Shown here piece after piece: positions 30,760-41,205 of a stretch of DNA of 60,963 nucleotides (position 1 is the first letter of the stretch; each line of letters begins with the position of its first letter). This DNA comes from an uncultured archaeon (GTDB taxonomy: Archaea; Asgardarchaeota; Lokiarchaeia; Sigyniarchaeales; SOKP01): contig CAZBNW010000005.1 of assembly GCA_964493385.1 (NCBI GenBank), positions 1 through 60,963 of the forward strand. The letters run 5' to 3'. A program made the position numbers and the translations under genes. The notes below the pieces were generated by a model, which ran no database searches, was not told the origin of the DNA, and saw only the letters and a list, made by a program, of their open reading frames with translations.

Positions 30760-32584
30760 AATCAATATCCAATATGGGCACATTTCAGCAATTATTGGTT
30801 CTTTAATCAAAATAAAAGGATTAGAAAGTTCTATTCGGCTCCGCGATTTAATTAAAGTATCTAAGTATAATATCTTAGGAGAAGTGATTCATATTTATTC
30901 TGATCATATTGTAGCCCAGTGTTTTGAAAATACAGTGAATTTGAGAATTAATGATAAAGTAATAAGCCTAAATGAACCTCTTTCTATGGAATTAGGACCC
31001 GGATTATTAGGAAATACTTTTGATGGGATCCAAAGACCTTTACAAAACGCATTTGAACTTTTTAAGGAAGGAGGATTACATAGAGGATTGGAGATACCTT
31101 CTTTATCAAGAACAAAAAAATGGCATTTTTTTCCACGAACAAAGATTAATGATGAATTGAAAAGTGGAGATATTGTAGGAATAGTCCAAGAAACTCCTTT
31201 AATAGAACATAAAATAATGATTCCCCCAAATGTCAATGGAAAATTATCATTTATCGCATCTGAGGATGATTATACAATTACTGACGAAGTTTTTAGATTG
31301 ATAATAGATAACAAAGAGAAATCTTTTACCATGTTACAAAAATGGCCTGTAAATAAAGCTAGACCCTTTAAAGAGAGAGATCAACCAAAAGAACCTTTGA
31401 TTACGGGTATTAGAATTATAGATTTATTGTTCCCAATAAGTAAAGGAGGCACAATTGGTGTTCCAGGAGGTTTTGGAACCGGAAAAACAGTGATCCAACA
31501 ATCTTTAGCTAAATGGTGCAATGCGGATGTAATTGTCTTTGTAGGATGTGGTGAAAGAGGGAATGAAATAGCAGACGTTTTAAAACAATTTTCTGAGCTA
31601 ATTGATCCTAATAGTGAACGTCCTTTACTAGAACGGATCATATTAATTGCTAATACCTCTAATATGCCGGTATCGGCACGTGAAGCGAGTATCTTTTCGG
31701 GGGTCACTATAGCAGAATATTATCGGGATATGGGATATGATGTTGCTGTTCTTGCTGATAGCACGTCAAGATGGGCAGAATCTTTACGAGAAATTTCTGG
31801 ATTATTAGAAGAAATGCCTGCTGAAGAAGGTTATCCTGCATATTTACCATCGAAACTTTCTAGCTTTTATGAGCGAGCTGGTTTTGTTAAATTATTCGGG
31901 AAAGAAGAATCTGGAACGGAGCGATTCGGATCTTTAACTATAATAGGTTCAATATCTCCTCCCGCTGGAGATTTTAGTGAACCTGTGACTGCAACCACAA
32001 AAAATTTCGTACAAGGAATTTGGTCGTTAGACGCTGCTTTAGCATATTCAAAGCATTATCCTGCGATCAATTGGCTAAACTCTTATTCAAATTATCCGGA
32101 TTATCTCTCTAGATGGTGGTATGAAAGAGATATAGATTGGTCAGAAATAGATCTCGACTGGTTTGATTGTCGTAAGCAAGTAAATGATATCTTATCTCAA
32201 GATAATGAGTTGAAGTATGTTACACAATTAATTGGAGAAGAGAATTTACCTGAAGAACAACAATTAATTATATTTATAGCGAAACTAATTAAGGAAGGTT
32301 TTTTAATTCAGAACGCATTTGATGAGATTGATAATTATACAAGTACTAGAAAACTGCTGGGAATGATTAAGCTCATTCTTTTAATTTATAAAGAAGGCAT
32401 AGAGCTCATGAAACAGGGTTTCTACATAGAAGACATAAAAACTCTCAGTACAATAAATGAAGTCTTGAGAATAAGCCGAGCTGTACATAATGATAAATTC
32501 CATAAGGTAGAAGCTTTGAAAAAAAAATTGCTTAATGATATAGAATACTTAAAATTAACAACTAAAGTGTTAAAAAAAAAATGA
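30740..32584 (+). CDS. atpA: A-type ATP synthase catalytic subunit A
   Basis: 614 aa. Walker [18 protein letters not shown] catalytic loop, [10 protein letters not shown] Walker B region. Confidence 0.95.
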   Translation: MIKSNSKINIQYGHISAIIGSLIKIKGLESSIRLRDLIKVSKYNILGEVIHIYSDHIVAQCFENTVNLRINDKVISLNEPLSMELGPGLLGNTFDGIQRPLQNAFELFKEGGLHRGLEIPSLSRTKKWHFFPRTKINDELKSGDIVGIVQETPLIEHKIMIPPNVNGKLSFIASEDDYTITDEVFRLIIDNKEKSFTMLQKWPVNKARPFKERDQPKEPLITGIRIIDLLFPISKGGTIGVPGGFGTGKTVIQQSLAKWCNADVIVFVGCGERGNEIADVLKQFSELIDPNSERPLLERIILIANTSNMPVSAREASIFSGVTIAEYYRDMGYDVAVLADSTSRWAESLREISGLLEEMPAEEGYPAYLPSKLSSFYERAGFVKLFGKEESGTERFGSLTIIGSISPPAGDFSEPVTATTKNFVQGIWSLDAALAYSKHYPAINWLNSYSNYPDYLSRWWYERDIDWSEIDLDWFDCRKQVNDILSQDNELKYVTQLIGEENLPEEQQLIIFIAKLIKEGFLIQNAFDEIDNYTSTRKLLGMIKLILLIYKEGIELMKQGFYIEDIKTLSTINEVLRISRAVHNDKFHKVEALKKKLLNDIEYLKLTTKVLKKK

Positions 32585-33972
32585 GTGTAATTTATAAAAA
32601 GATACAAAGAATAATCGGACCATTAATATTTTTGAAAAATGAACATGATGCTCAGTATGGTGAGATTGTGAAAATTAAAACTGAAGATAACATCATTCGA
32701 ACTGGACAAATTGTAAAAATGAATGAAGATATAATTGTTATTGAGGTTTTTGAAGATACTTCGGGGATATCTTCAGAAAACGCAGAGATTACTTTTACAG
32801 AAGATATTTTTAACGTAAAAATCTCAAAAGACATGTTTGGGCAAACATTCAATTCTTTGGGAAATCCGATTGATATAAAAACAAAAACTGTGATAAATTC
32901 TGATATATTAACTGATGTTCAAAGAGATATAAATGGAATCCCTGTAAATCCTTTTGCTAGAGAATATCCAGTAGATGTCGTCCAAACAGGAATATCTGTA
33001 ATTGATGGGTTATTTACATTAATTAGAGGTCAAAAACTTCCAATTTTTAGTGGGCAAGGATTACCCCATAATAAAATTGCAGCACAAATAGCAACCCAAG
33101 CTAAAGTTACTTCAGAAGAACCCTTTGCTATTATCTTTTGTGGAATTGGTATAATTCAAGATGAAGCAATATACTTCCTAAACCGATTTAATGAAAGTGG
33201 AACCCTTCAAAATATCATCTCCTTCATTAATTTTGCAGATGATCCCATAATTGAACGGTTAATCATCCCAAGGGTAGCTTTAACTACAGCTGAATATTTA
33301 GCTTTTGAAAGAGATATGCACGTACTTGTCATCTTAATTGATATGACTAACTATGCAGAAGCTTTGAGAGAATTAAGCTCTGCTAAAGAAGAGATACCTA
33401 GTAGAAAAGGATATCCTGGTTATATATATTCAGATTTTGCTTCTATTTATGAGAGGACGGGAAAAATTAAAGGGAAGAAGGGTTCAATAACTCAAATACC
33501 TATTCTAACGATGCCAAATGATGATATTTCTCATCCCATTCCTGACACTACAGGCTACATCACAGAAGGGCAGTTAGTTCTTAGTCGTAACATACATAAA
33601 AAAGGGATTTACCCTCCTTTTGAAGTATTGGCTTCTATTTCACGTTTAATGAAAGATGCAATCGGGAAAGAGAGAACCAGAGAAGATCATGCTGATGTTA
33701 GCTCTCAATTATTAGCATCATATTCGAATTATCTTGAAGTTAAAGATCTTATTTCAATAATTGGAGAGGATGGTTTAAATTATGATCAAAAAAACATTTT
33801 AAAATTTGGAAGAGAATTTGAGGAAGTATTTTTAAACCAAAAATCAAATGAGAATCGAGATATCGATAAAACCTTAACAATTGCTTGGGACATAATTTCC
33901 AACTTAACCAAAAACCAATTAATTAGAATTCATGAAAAATATATTAATAAATATTATCAACCAAAGGTGTAA
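32581..33972 (+). CDS. atpB: A-type ATP synthase subunit B
   Basis: 463 aa. Non-catalytic B-type sequence ([13 protein letters not shown] in place of a P-loop, [18 protein letters not shown]). ATGA overlap with atpA. Confidence 0.95.
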   Translation: MSVIYKKIQRIIGPLIFLKNEHDAQYGEIVKIKTEDNIIRTGQIVKMNEDIIVIEVFEDTSGISSENAEITFTEDIFNVKISKDMFGQTFNSLGNPIDIKTKTVINSDILTDVQRDINGIPVNPFAREYPVDVVQTGISVIDGLFTLIRGQKLPIFSGQGLPHNKIAAQIATQAKVTSEEPFAIIFCGIGIIQDEAIYFLNRFNESGTLQNIISFINFADDPIIERLIIPRVALTTAEYLAFERDMHVLVILIDMTNYAEALRELSSAKEEIPSRKGYPGYIYSDFASIYERTGKIKGKKGSITQIPILTMPNDDISHPIPDTTGYITEGQLVLSRNIHKKGIYPPFEVLASISRLMKDAIGKERTREDHADVSSQLLASYSNYLEVKDLISIIGEDGLNYDQKNILKFGREFEEVFLNQKSNENRDIDKTLTIAWDIISNLTKNQLIRIHEKYINKYYQPKV

Positions 33973-34011
33973 CTTATTAGTTTTAGGGAAGTAAAACCCA
34001 CAAAAACCAAT

Positions 34012-34623
34012 TTGATTTCAATGCAAAAAAGGTTATCTTTTGCCGTAAAGGGAGAAAATTTTTTAGAATTTAGAAGAGAACAATTAATTTTTCAAATCAA
34101 CCATTTATGGAATGATTATATAACTAGTAGGAAAGAATTTTTAACAGTATTAAGGAAATCTCTAAGATATTTAAATCAAACTTACGAAGAAATGGGTAAG
34201 AATGGGTTAAATTTAATTAGTAAATTGAGTAGAATCCAATATAAACCTAGAATAAATATACAAAACATTAAAAAAATGGGAATTATAGTATCTCAAGTAG
34301 AATATGAAATATTTGAAGAAGAAAAATTACCAGCGTATACTTTCGAAAATACAAGTCATTATATTGAAGATTTAATTAATACTTTAAAAGAATTACTTGA
34401 ATGTATTAGGAAATTTTCAGAAATAGAAGATTTGATATTGAAGGTTTCGATTAATTTTAAAAGGATAAATCGTAGGATAAATGGTTTGAAAAATGTAATA
34501 ATCCCTAAGTTAAAATTAGATATTAAACAGATAAAAGAAATTTTAGAAGAAATTGAAAGAGAAAATTATGTGAGATTGAAAAAAACGAAGGATCTTATAA
34601 TAAAACAGCAAGAAATTTTTTGA
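34012..34623 (+). CDS. atpD: A-type ATP synthase central-stalk subunit D; true start probably ATT at 33976
   Basis: 203 aa from TTG. Coiled-coil protein in the D position. The conserved V-x-P-T-K N-terminal motif is in frame 7 codons upstream of the TTG. Confidence 0.85.
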   Translation: MISMQKRLSFAVKGENFLEFRREQLIFQINHLWNDYITSRKEFLTVLRKSLRYLNQTYEEMGKNGLNLISKLSRIQYKPRINIQNIKKMGIIVSQVEYEIFEEEKLPAYTFENTSHYIEDLINTLKELLECIRKFSEIEDLILKVSINFKRINRRINGLKNVIIPKLKLDIKQIKEILEEIERENYVRLKKTKDLIIKQQEIF

Positions 34624-34632
34624 GTGGTATAA

Positions 34633-36960
34633 ATGACAAGAAATAAGGAAGTTAAACTTCCAAAGACTAAAGGAAAAAAAGATAAATTTACTTTAATAAG
34701 GGCAGAATTAAATCACAGTTATAAGGATCATTTTCTAATAATACTCTCTAATTTAAATGCTGTCCATATCAAACAAAAAGAGAAATCAAAAATTGAAGAA
34801 GAATTAGTAGAAAAAGAACCTGTTTTGGAAAAGATTAAAGATCTAAGAAAAAATTTAAATACATTGCTTAAAAGATTGAATCTCAATGAAAATGATCTTT
34901 TAGAATTAAAAGTTAATAAATCTGATAGGATAGAATTTACAGCAAAAAATTTATCTGAATTAATTAATCATATCCTTGAAGAAATAGATTTTTTTAACAA
35001 CCGGGTTATTGAATTACGAAGTTATATAAATAACGGCACAATTGAATTGGAAAATCTAAAAGTATTAAAAGTTTGTTATAAAAATCTCGAAAGCTTGAAT
35101 TTAACTAAAGGGGATATTGAGAGTTTAAAACAATTTAAATTTAGAGTTTTTACCACATTTTCTAAAAATTTGAATAATTTGAAAAATCTATTTGACTTTA
35201 CTGAATTTCCCAATTTTTACAAAACATTTCAAATATCAGATGATAGGATAGGGTTTTTTATTTTTTATCCAAGAGATAAAGAAGATGAGTTTAATGGCAG
35301 AATTCGCTTAATTCACTCAGAAGAAGTTCTTATATTAAAAAAATATTTAACAGATGAAGGAACAAATTTTAAAAGAATTGATAAAGAGATTGATTTTATA
35401 GAAAATTTATTATCGAGATATAATAAAGAACAGCACCGATTAACTAATGAAAACTTATTAAAATTCGCTGCTATTAATGAAATTGTTCAAAACATTGAGG
35501 AATACAGTTGGGCTGAGCAACAATTCGAAAAATTATCCAATAACAATGTATCTATAAAATTTTTTGTGCCACTATCCAAAAAGAAAGAATTCCTAGACAT
35601 TTTATTTAAAATTTTTAAAGATGAGATCATACTTCAAACAATAGATATATCTAAAAAACACCCTATTTATGAAACTCCCGCTTTAAAAACAGGTATTGAT
35701 AAATCTAAAATAAAAAAATCACGAGAAGTAAAAAATAGAGACTATATTAAAGAAACTGGAGAACATGAAGAGGAAGAAGATTTAAGAGAAATAACTCCAA
35801 CAGTAATGAAAAATTTCTTTCTAGTAAGACCATTCGAAACAATAACAAGAATGTATGGTACACCAACTTATTCTGAAATTGATCCTACGCCTATTATCGC
35901 ATTTACTTTCCCAATTTTATTTGGATTGATGTTCGGCGACATTGGACATGGGCTTGTTCTTATTATTGCTGGATTAATTGGTGCGATTAAATTTAGAAAA
36001 CGAGGTGGTGATGTTTACAATTTTTCATGGATTATCTTTTATTGTGGATGGGCTGCTTTTTTTATCGGGTTTTTATACGGAGAATATTTTGGACATCATG
36101 AGATAGAAGTATTTGGAAACGTACTTTGGCATCTTAACCCGATCAAAATTCCGATTTTAAATGTCACTTTATATAATCCATTGCATAATATAATGAGTGT
36201 CTTTTCTTTTGCGGTATTAATTGGTGTATTTCACATTAATTTAGGCTGGTTTATTCAATTTTTGAATTATTGGAAACAAAAGAGAAAATATTTGGCTTTG
36301 ACTGATTCTTTGATCAAAATTCTTTTGCTAACGGGGGGATATATTTTAATTTTTGGATATGGTTTTGATATTTTTGTATGGTTGTCGTTTCCATATCCAA
36401 TTTTATTAACTATAATTCCAGGACTTTTATTGTTACTTTTAAAACCGTTAGGAAGGGTTTTTAAAATTTCCTATTTACAAGAAGAATCTTTCGGGGGTTT
36501 ACTGGGCGAAGGCTCAATTGAGGCATTTGATACAGTATTATCAGTTATGAGTAATGTTGCTTCATATATCAGATTATTAGCTTTAGCACTTGCTCATATT
36601 GCTTTATTAACATCAATCAACGCAATGATGGGACTAATTGAGGGAGAGGGAATGGGAGTAGAGATTATAAATTTGATTGGCGCGATTTTTGGAAATATGA
36701 TTATCATCTTACTCGAAGGTCTGTTAGTTTTCATTAATACTATTAGGCTCCATTTCTATGAGTTCTTTTTTAAATTTTACCAAGGATCCGGTATAGAATA
36801 CCTTCCATTCTATTTAGACGATTATTTTTCAGTCTTGAACTTTAGGATAGGTATTGAAAAAGATATTTTTTCCGATGAGATTGAAAAAGAGATTGATATA
36901 AAGTTAATAAAGGAAGAGGTTGATAAAGCGATAAGTTATATTACGAAAAAATTTCAATAA
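34633..36960 (+). CDS. atpI: A-type ATP synthase membrane subunit I (a subunit)
   Basis: 775 aa. Long soluble helical N-domain, then multiple TMs with the essential Arg in SYIRLLALALAH. Confidence 0.9.
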   Translation: MTRNKEVKLPKTKGKKDKFTLIRAELNHSYKDHFLIILSNLNAVHIKQKEKSKIEEELVEKEPVLEKIKDLRKNLNTLLKRLNLNENDLLELKVNKSDRIEFTAKNLSELINHILEEIDFFNNRVIELRSYINNGTIELENLKVLKVCYKNLESLNLTKGDIESLKQFKFRVFTTFSKNLNNLKNLFDFTEFPNFYKTFQISDDRIGFFIFYPRDKEDEFNGRIRLIHSEEVLILKKYLTDEGTNFKRIDKEIDFIENLLSRYNKEQHRLTNENLLKFAAINEIVQNIEEYSWAEQQFEKLSNNNVSIKFFVPLSKKKEFLDILFKIFKDEIILQTIDISKKHPIYETPALKTGIDKSKIKKSREVKNRDYIKETGEHEEEEDLREITPTVMKNFFLVRPFETITRMYGTPTYSEIDPTPIIAFTFPILFGLMFGDIGHGLVLIIAGLIGAIKFRKRGGDVYNFSWIIFYCGWAAFFIGFLYGEYFGHHEIEVFGNVLWHLNPIKIPILNVTLYNPLHNIMSVFSFAVLIGVFHINLGWFIQFLNYWKQKRKYLALTDSLIKILLLTGGYILIFGYGFDIFVWLSFPYPILLTIIPGLLLLLLKPLGRVFKISYLQEESFGGLLGEGSIEAFDTVLSVMSNVASYIRLLALALAHIALLTSINAMMGLIEGEGMGVEIINLIGAIFGNMIIILLEGLLVFINTIRLHFYEFFFKFYQGSGIEYLPFYLDDYFSVLNFRIGIEKDIFSDEIEKEIDIKLIKEEVDKAISYITKKFQ

Positions 36961-36987
36961 AAACTAAAAGTTTTTTAAGAAATCTCA

Positions 36988-37425
36988 ATGTCAAACGGAA
37001 ATAAAAAAAAAGAAATATCTCGTAAAGGATTTATTCTGAGATTAATTGTATTAATATCATATCTGCTGGTTCTCCTATATTTATATTATCTCTTTGTAGA
37101 ATTCGGATCCAACCCTTTCATTGTGATTATATTATTATCATTTGTATTTCTAATTACGATAGGTCCATTTTTAGGAAAAAAAAGAAGGTCACTTTACTCT
37201 AGAATGTTTCCGGAGAGAAAGAAGCGACCAGTGCAGAGTAAAGAGAGACGTAAGAGAAGACCTATTATAGAAAAAGAACTTAAGCAAATTCAACCGAAAA
37301 TATTCCAAGCAATTGATCTTGAATTTGAATATCGTGAACCATTAATCAGTAATTGTGAAAATTGTGGAAATATTTTACCAAATTTTGTAAAAAAAAAATG
37401 TCCTTTTTGTGGAGAACAAGTATAA
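36988..37425 (+). CDS. membrane protein with C-terminal zinc ribbon
   Basis: 145 aa. Two hydrophobic helices, a very basic linker (KKRPVQSKERRKRRP), and a CENCG...CPFCG zinc ribbon. Confidence 0.55.
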   Translation: MSNGNKKKEISRKGFILRLIVLISYLLVLLYLYYLFVEFGSNPFIVIILLSFVFLITIGPFLGKKRRSLYSRMFPERKKRPVQSKERRKRRPIIEKELKQIQPKIFQAIDLEFEYREPLISNCENCGNILPNFVKKKCPFCGEQV

Positions 37426-37444
37426 TATAAAGGGATGAGAAAAA

Positions 37445-39271
37445 ATGAAGTCTATAAAAAATTCTGACAAAGAATCTAAAAATGGTTATATTTCGGCAAT
37501 CACAGGATCACTGATTAAAATAAAAGGAATAGAAAATAATGTTCACCTTTATGATTTAATTAAAATTTCAAAATATAATATCTTAGGTGAAGTAATACAG
37601 ATTTATACAGACCATGTGATTGTTCAATGTTTCGAAAACACAATAAAAGTGAAGTTAAATGATGAAGTCATTGGTTTAAATGAAACGTTATCAATGGAGT
37701 TAGCTCCAGGTCTCCTTTCAAATGTTTTTGATGGAATACAGAGACCTTTAGAAATAGTTTTTAACAATGCTAGTTCCGGAGAGCTAGACCGAGGTGTAAA
37801 ATTTCCTCCTTTGTCAAGATCTAAAAAATGGCATTTTACACCGTTAAGAACAATTGATGAAGCTGTAGAAAGTGGAGATATAATAGGCATTGTTCAAGAA
37901 ACTCAATTTTTAGAGCATAAAATAATGGTTCCTCCAAATGTCACTGGAAAATTATCTTTTATCACAAGAGAGGGTGATTACACAATTATAGATGAGATAT
38001 ATAGAATACATATAGATGGGGAAGATAAATCCTTTACAATGCTACAAAAGTGGCCAATTACGAAAAGTCGTCCTTATAAAAAGAAAGAAAATCCAAAAGA
38101 ACCTCTAATTACTGGAATTCGAATGATAGATTTATTATTTCCACTCGCAAAGGGGGGAACTACTGCTATTCCTGGAGGTTTTGGAACAGGAAAAACTGTA
38201 ATTCAACACTCACTAGCTAAGTGGTGTAACGCTGATGTGATTGTATATATTGGTTGCGGTGAACCTGGAAATGAAATTGCCAATGTTTTGAAACAATTTT
38301 CAGAAACAAAAAATCCTAAAAGCGGGTCTCCTTTATTAGAAAGGGTAGTTCTTATAGCAAATACCTCTAATATGTCGGTTTCAGCTCGAGAAGCAAGTCT
38401 ATTCTCTGGAGTTACAATAGCAGAATACTATCGTGATATGGGATATGATGTTGCTGTTCTTGCAGATAGTACATCAAGGTGGGCAGAGTCATTACGAGAA
38501 ATCTCTGGATTATTGGAAGAAATGCCAGCAGAAGAAGGGTATCCCGCCTACTTGCCTTCTAAACTATCTAGCTTTTATGAAAGAGCAGGTGTAGTTAAAA
38601 CTTTAGGAAAAGACCATCTTGGAAATGAAAGAATTGGTACTTTAACGATTGTTGGAACTCTTTCTCCTCCCGCAGGGGATTTCAGTGAACCTGTCACTGC
38701 CACAACAAAGCGGTTAGTTCAAGTCTTTTGGGCATTAGATCCTAGTCTAGCATATTTAAAACATTATCCCGCTATCAATTGGCTTAACTCCTATTCCAAT
38801 TATCCTACGCCCCTTGCAGATTGGTGGTATGAAAGAGATATTGATTGGGTTGAGATAGATATTGATTGGTTAGAATGCCGAAAACAAGTAAATGACATAC
38901 TTTCTGAAGAGCAAGATTTAAAACATGTTATTCAATTAATAGGGGAAAAAAACTTGCCACAAGATTCTCAGCTAATCCTCTTCATAGCAAGAATAGTTAG
39001 GAACGGTTTTTTAATCCAAAGCGCATTTGATGATATCGATAACTTTACTGATGTTAAAAAAATGTTAGGCATCATTAAACTCATTCTCTTAATTTATAAA
39101 GAAGGTAAAAACTTTCTAAATAGAGGATTACTAATTGAATATCTAATAGATCCTGAGCTTATAACCTCAATATTAAGAATAAATCAAACTATACGAAATA
39201 GCGATTTTCAACAAATAGAAAACTTAAAAAATAAGCTTCTACAAACGTTTAGGAGTCTAACATTAGAATAA
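37445..39271 (+). CDS. second, diverged A-type ATP synthase A-subunit paralog (GER loop changed to GEP)
   Basis: 608 aa, roughly 70% identical by eye to atpA at 30740. Walker [10 protein letters not shown] is intact. GCGEPGNE replaces GCGERGNE (CCT at 38264-38266 versus AGA at 31556-31558). Confidence 0.9.
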   Translation: MKSIKNSDKESKNGYISAITGSLIKIKGIENNVHLYDLIKISKYNILGEVIQIYTDHVIVQCFENTIKVKLNDEVIGLNETLSMELAPGLLSNVFDGIQRPLEIVFNNASSGELDRGVKFPPLSRSKKWHFTPLRTIDEAVESGDIIGIVQETQFLEHKIMVPPNVTGKLSFITREGDYTIIDEIYRIHIDGEDKSFTMLQKWPITKSRPYKKKENPKEPLITGIRMIDLLFPLAKGGTTAIPGGFGTGKTVIQHSLAKWCNADVIVYIGCGEPGNEIANVLKQFSETKNPKSGSPLLERVVLIANTSNMSVSAREASLFSGVTIAEYYRDMGYDVAVLADSTSRWAESLREISGLLEEMPAEEGYPAYLPSKLSSFYERAGVVKTLGKDHLGNERIGTLTIVGTLSPPAGDFSEPVTATTKRLVQVFWALDPSLAYLKHYPAINWLNSYSNYPTPLADWWYERDIDWVEIDIDWLECRKQVNDILSEEQDLKHVIQLIGEKNLPQDSQLILFIARIVRNGFLIQSAFDDIDNFTDVKKMLGIIKLILLIYKEGKNFLNRGLLIEYLIDPELITSILRINQTIRNSDFQQIENLKNKLLQTFRSLTLE

Positions 39272-39294
39272 AATTCTTAACTTTTATCTTTCTT

Positions 39295-39364
39295 TTAAGG
39301 CTTGAACCACTCAAAAAAATAATAGCTACAAGTAAGAGGATTTGCGATAACAAACTTTTTCCTC
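39295..39364 (-). pseudogene. orphan 3'-terminal fragment of tRNA-splicing endonuclease gene (last ~22 codons plus stop)
   Basis: Minus-strand translation RKKFVIANPLTCSYYFFEWFKP-TAA is identical in amino acids to the C-terminus of endA at 42647-42715. There is no upstream coding continuation. Confidence 0.75.
39297..39364. repeat. direct repeat copy 1 (68 bp; att-like)
   Basis: 39297-39345 is identical (49/49) to 42649-42697. The next 19 bp match 15/19. Confidence 0.9.
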
Positions 39365-39505
39365 CTATTACATAATGTTCGAAAAGTGCACCTTAAAGTT
39401 TTAAAATCTCTTTGAATAGTAATATATTAAAGAAATATTTTTATTGACAATTATAATAAAAAAGTATATAGCATAATTCTATGTTTAAGAGGTGAAATTT
39501 ACAAC

Positions 39506-39757
39506 TTGTATAAAGAATTAACTCAATTTTATAAAATTGGAAAAGAGTTAGGATTAAAAAGAAGTGAAATTAACCGAACATTTATATTTTCAGGAAATCG
39601 TTCTTTGTTATTTAAGTTTTTATTAATATTTGTTTTAGCTTTAATAGCTGTCGTTGTAGTTGTTGTTATAGTGGGTTGGGTTGGATCCAGATCTGTTTAT
39701 GCAAGCGGAACCTTCTATTCATCTGTTAAGTTAAATGATTTTAAGAATAAAAAATGA
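39506..39757 (+). CDS. small single-pass membrane peptide, paralog A (candidate precursor/substrate peptide)
   Basis: 83 aa. TTG start 10 nt after AGAGGTGA. Shares YKIGKELGL, EINR, a TM helix and a GT-x-YS-x-VK-x-x-DF tail with the ORF at 42366. Stop overlaps the next gene's start (ATGA). Confidence 0.6.
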   Translation: MYKELTQFYKIGKELGLKRSEINRTFIFSGNRSLLFKFLLIFVLALIAVVVVVVIVGWVGSRSVYASGTFYSSVKLNDFKNKK

Positions 39758-41088
39758 AGTTAAACGTTGGTTCTGGAAGAAGATATGACCCAGATTATTG
39801 CAATATTGATTTATATGAAGACATATTAGCAGATCAACAAATGTCTGCGATAAACCTATCATTTCTCGATAACTCTTGTGAAGAGGTTAAAGCAATTCAG
39901 TTAATTGAACATATAGGTTTTTTCAAATCTCTCTATGTATTAAGCGAATTTTTTAGAGTCTTACAGTTTAATGGAGTTCTAATTATAGAAACACCTGACA
40001 TTGAAAAGGCTTTTCAATCCTATTTAAATGGAAACTATGAACAGCAAAAGGAAATTTTAGGATGGATATTTGGTATTCCCCATGAAGGTCTTCAGCATAA
40101 GTTATGCTATCCCTCAAAATTGTTAGCGGAAATGCTTAGAAAAATAGGATTTATTGATATAAAAGAAAGAAAATATTATAATACAGAATCAATACCCACT
40201 TTAAGAATTGAATGTAAAAAGCCTTCAAAAGAGAATTTCTTACAAGTTATTACACATATTCGAAAACAAATGTTATTAGAGAACATAGTAGATTTTAAAA
40301 ACTCATTTCTAGCAAAAGAGCAGGAGGATTTATTAACGTTTATTTTATTAAAGTTAAAAGAATTTGAAGGAAAAAAAGAAAAAAAATTTATCTTTGAAAT
40401 TATTAAGACTATTCTAATAAGATTTCCTCAAGTAGCTAAAATTTTTCTTAAAGCGATTGAGGATATTAATTATCTTTCAAGTTTTGAGATAAAATACATT
40501 TATGAAATAATTGAATATATAATAAAATACAACCTTCCTAATATTTTATTTAATTCTCTTAAAAAACTGCCAACAATTCCAGGAACTCAAATGTTTGCAT
40601 TTTCATCAATAGAAGCATTTGGTGAAAGAATAATAGAGAAATTAATGTTTTTTAAAAATGAAAAGCAGCAACAATTAACTCGTTTAAAGAAACTATCAAC
40701 AACTAATAAACCGAATGAGTTATTCTTTTTCTCTTCCGAGATGGTTCAAAGAAAATCTCAAGAATATTTCTATCAAGGAATAAAGGAATTTTACAATCAA
40801 AATTATGACATTGCCAAAGAGAAATTGTTAAGCTCAATTCAATTATTTAGGGATGATTTAACTTATTACTGGAATTTAGCAAAAGTGTTCGTTAAATTGA
40901 ATTTAAAATCAAATGCACTAAAAACTTATAGGAGAACATTAAGATTGCTAAGAATTAGTAAAATAAAGAATAAAAAGATGATTAAAAAGGATATCACTTC
41001 AGAAATAAGTTGCGTAAAGAAGTCAACAGAATCATTAGCGAACTTTAATCCCATCATAACTCTCGATAAGTACTATTCCGTAAATTAA
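39754..41088 (+). CDS. class I SAM-dependent methyltransferase with C-terminal helical-repeat (TPR-like) domain
   Basis: 444 aa. N-terminal LNVGSG...NIDL...AIQLIEHI...NGVLIIETPD matches the Methyltransf_11/23-type fold. The C-terminal approximately 270 aa are helical, with a TPR-like YYWNLAKVFVKLNLKSNALKTYRRTL. Confidence 0.7.
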   Translation: MKLNVGSGRRYDPDYCNIDLYEDILADQQMSAINLSFLDNSCEEVKAIQLIEHIGFFKSLYVLSEFFRVLQFNGVLIIETPDIEKAFQSYLNGNYEQQKEILGWIFGIPHEGLQHKLCYPSKLLAEMLRKIGFIDIKERKYYNTESIPTLRIECKKPSKENFLQVITHIRKQMLLENIVDFKNSFLAKEQEDLLTFILLKLKEFEGKKEKKFIFEIIKTILIRFPQVAKIFLKAIEDINYLSSFEIKYIYEIIEYIIKYNLPNILFNSLKKLPTIPGTQMFAFSSIEAFGERIIEKLMFFKNEKQQQLTRLKKLSTTNKPNELFFFSSEMVQRKSQEYFYQGIKEFYNQNYDIAKEKLLSSIQLFRDDLTYYWNLAKVFVKLNLKSNALKTYRRTLRLLRISKIKNKKMIKKDITSEISCVKKSTESLANFNPIITLDKYYSVN

Positions 41089-41205
41089 AAAGCAATTATA
41101 TTATTTTCCATAACGATTATATCATGAAATATTCAATTTTAATAACAAAAGTTTTAAAAGAAATTTAATCAATTTATATTTCAGAAAAAGAATCAAATAA
41201 TTACA

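Noticed and set aside
33970-33975. atpB and atpD being in the same frame, suggesting a B-D fusion by TAA read-through.
   Set aside because: An SD-like AGGTG plus ATT immediately downstream explains independent initiation more simply. B and D are separate polypeptides in all A/V-ATPases I know.
30740-39271. The two atpA copies as an assembly duplication or collapsed strain variants.
   Set aside because: The copies are only about 70% identical in protein with abundant synonymous differences. They have different flanks, and the second has its own SD-like sequence and start.
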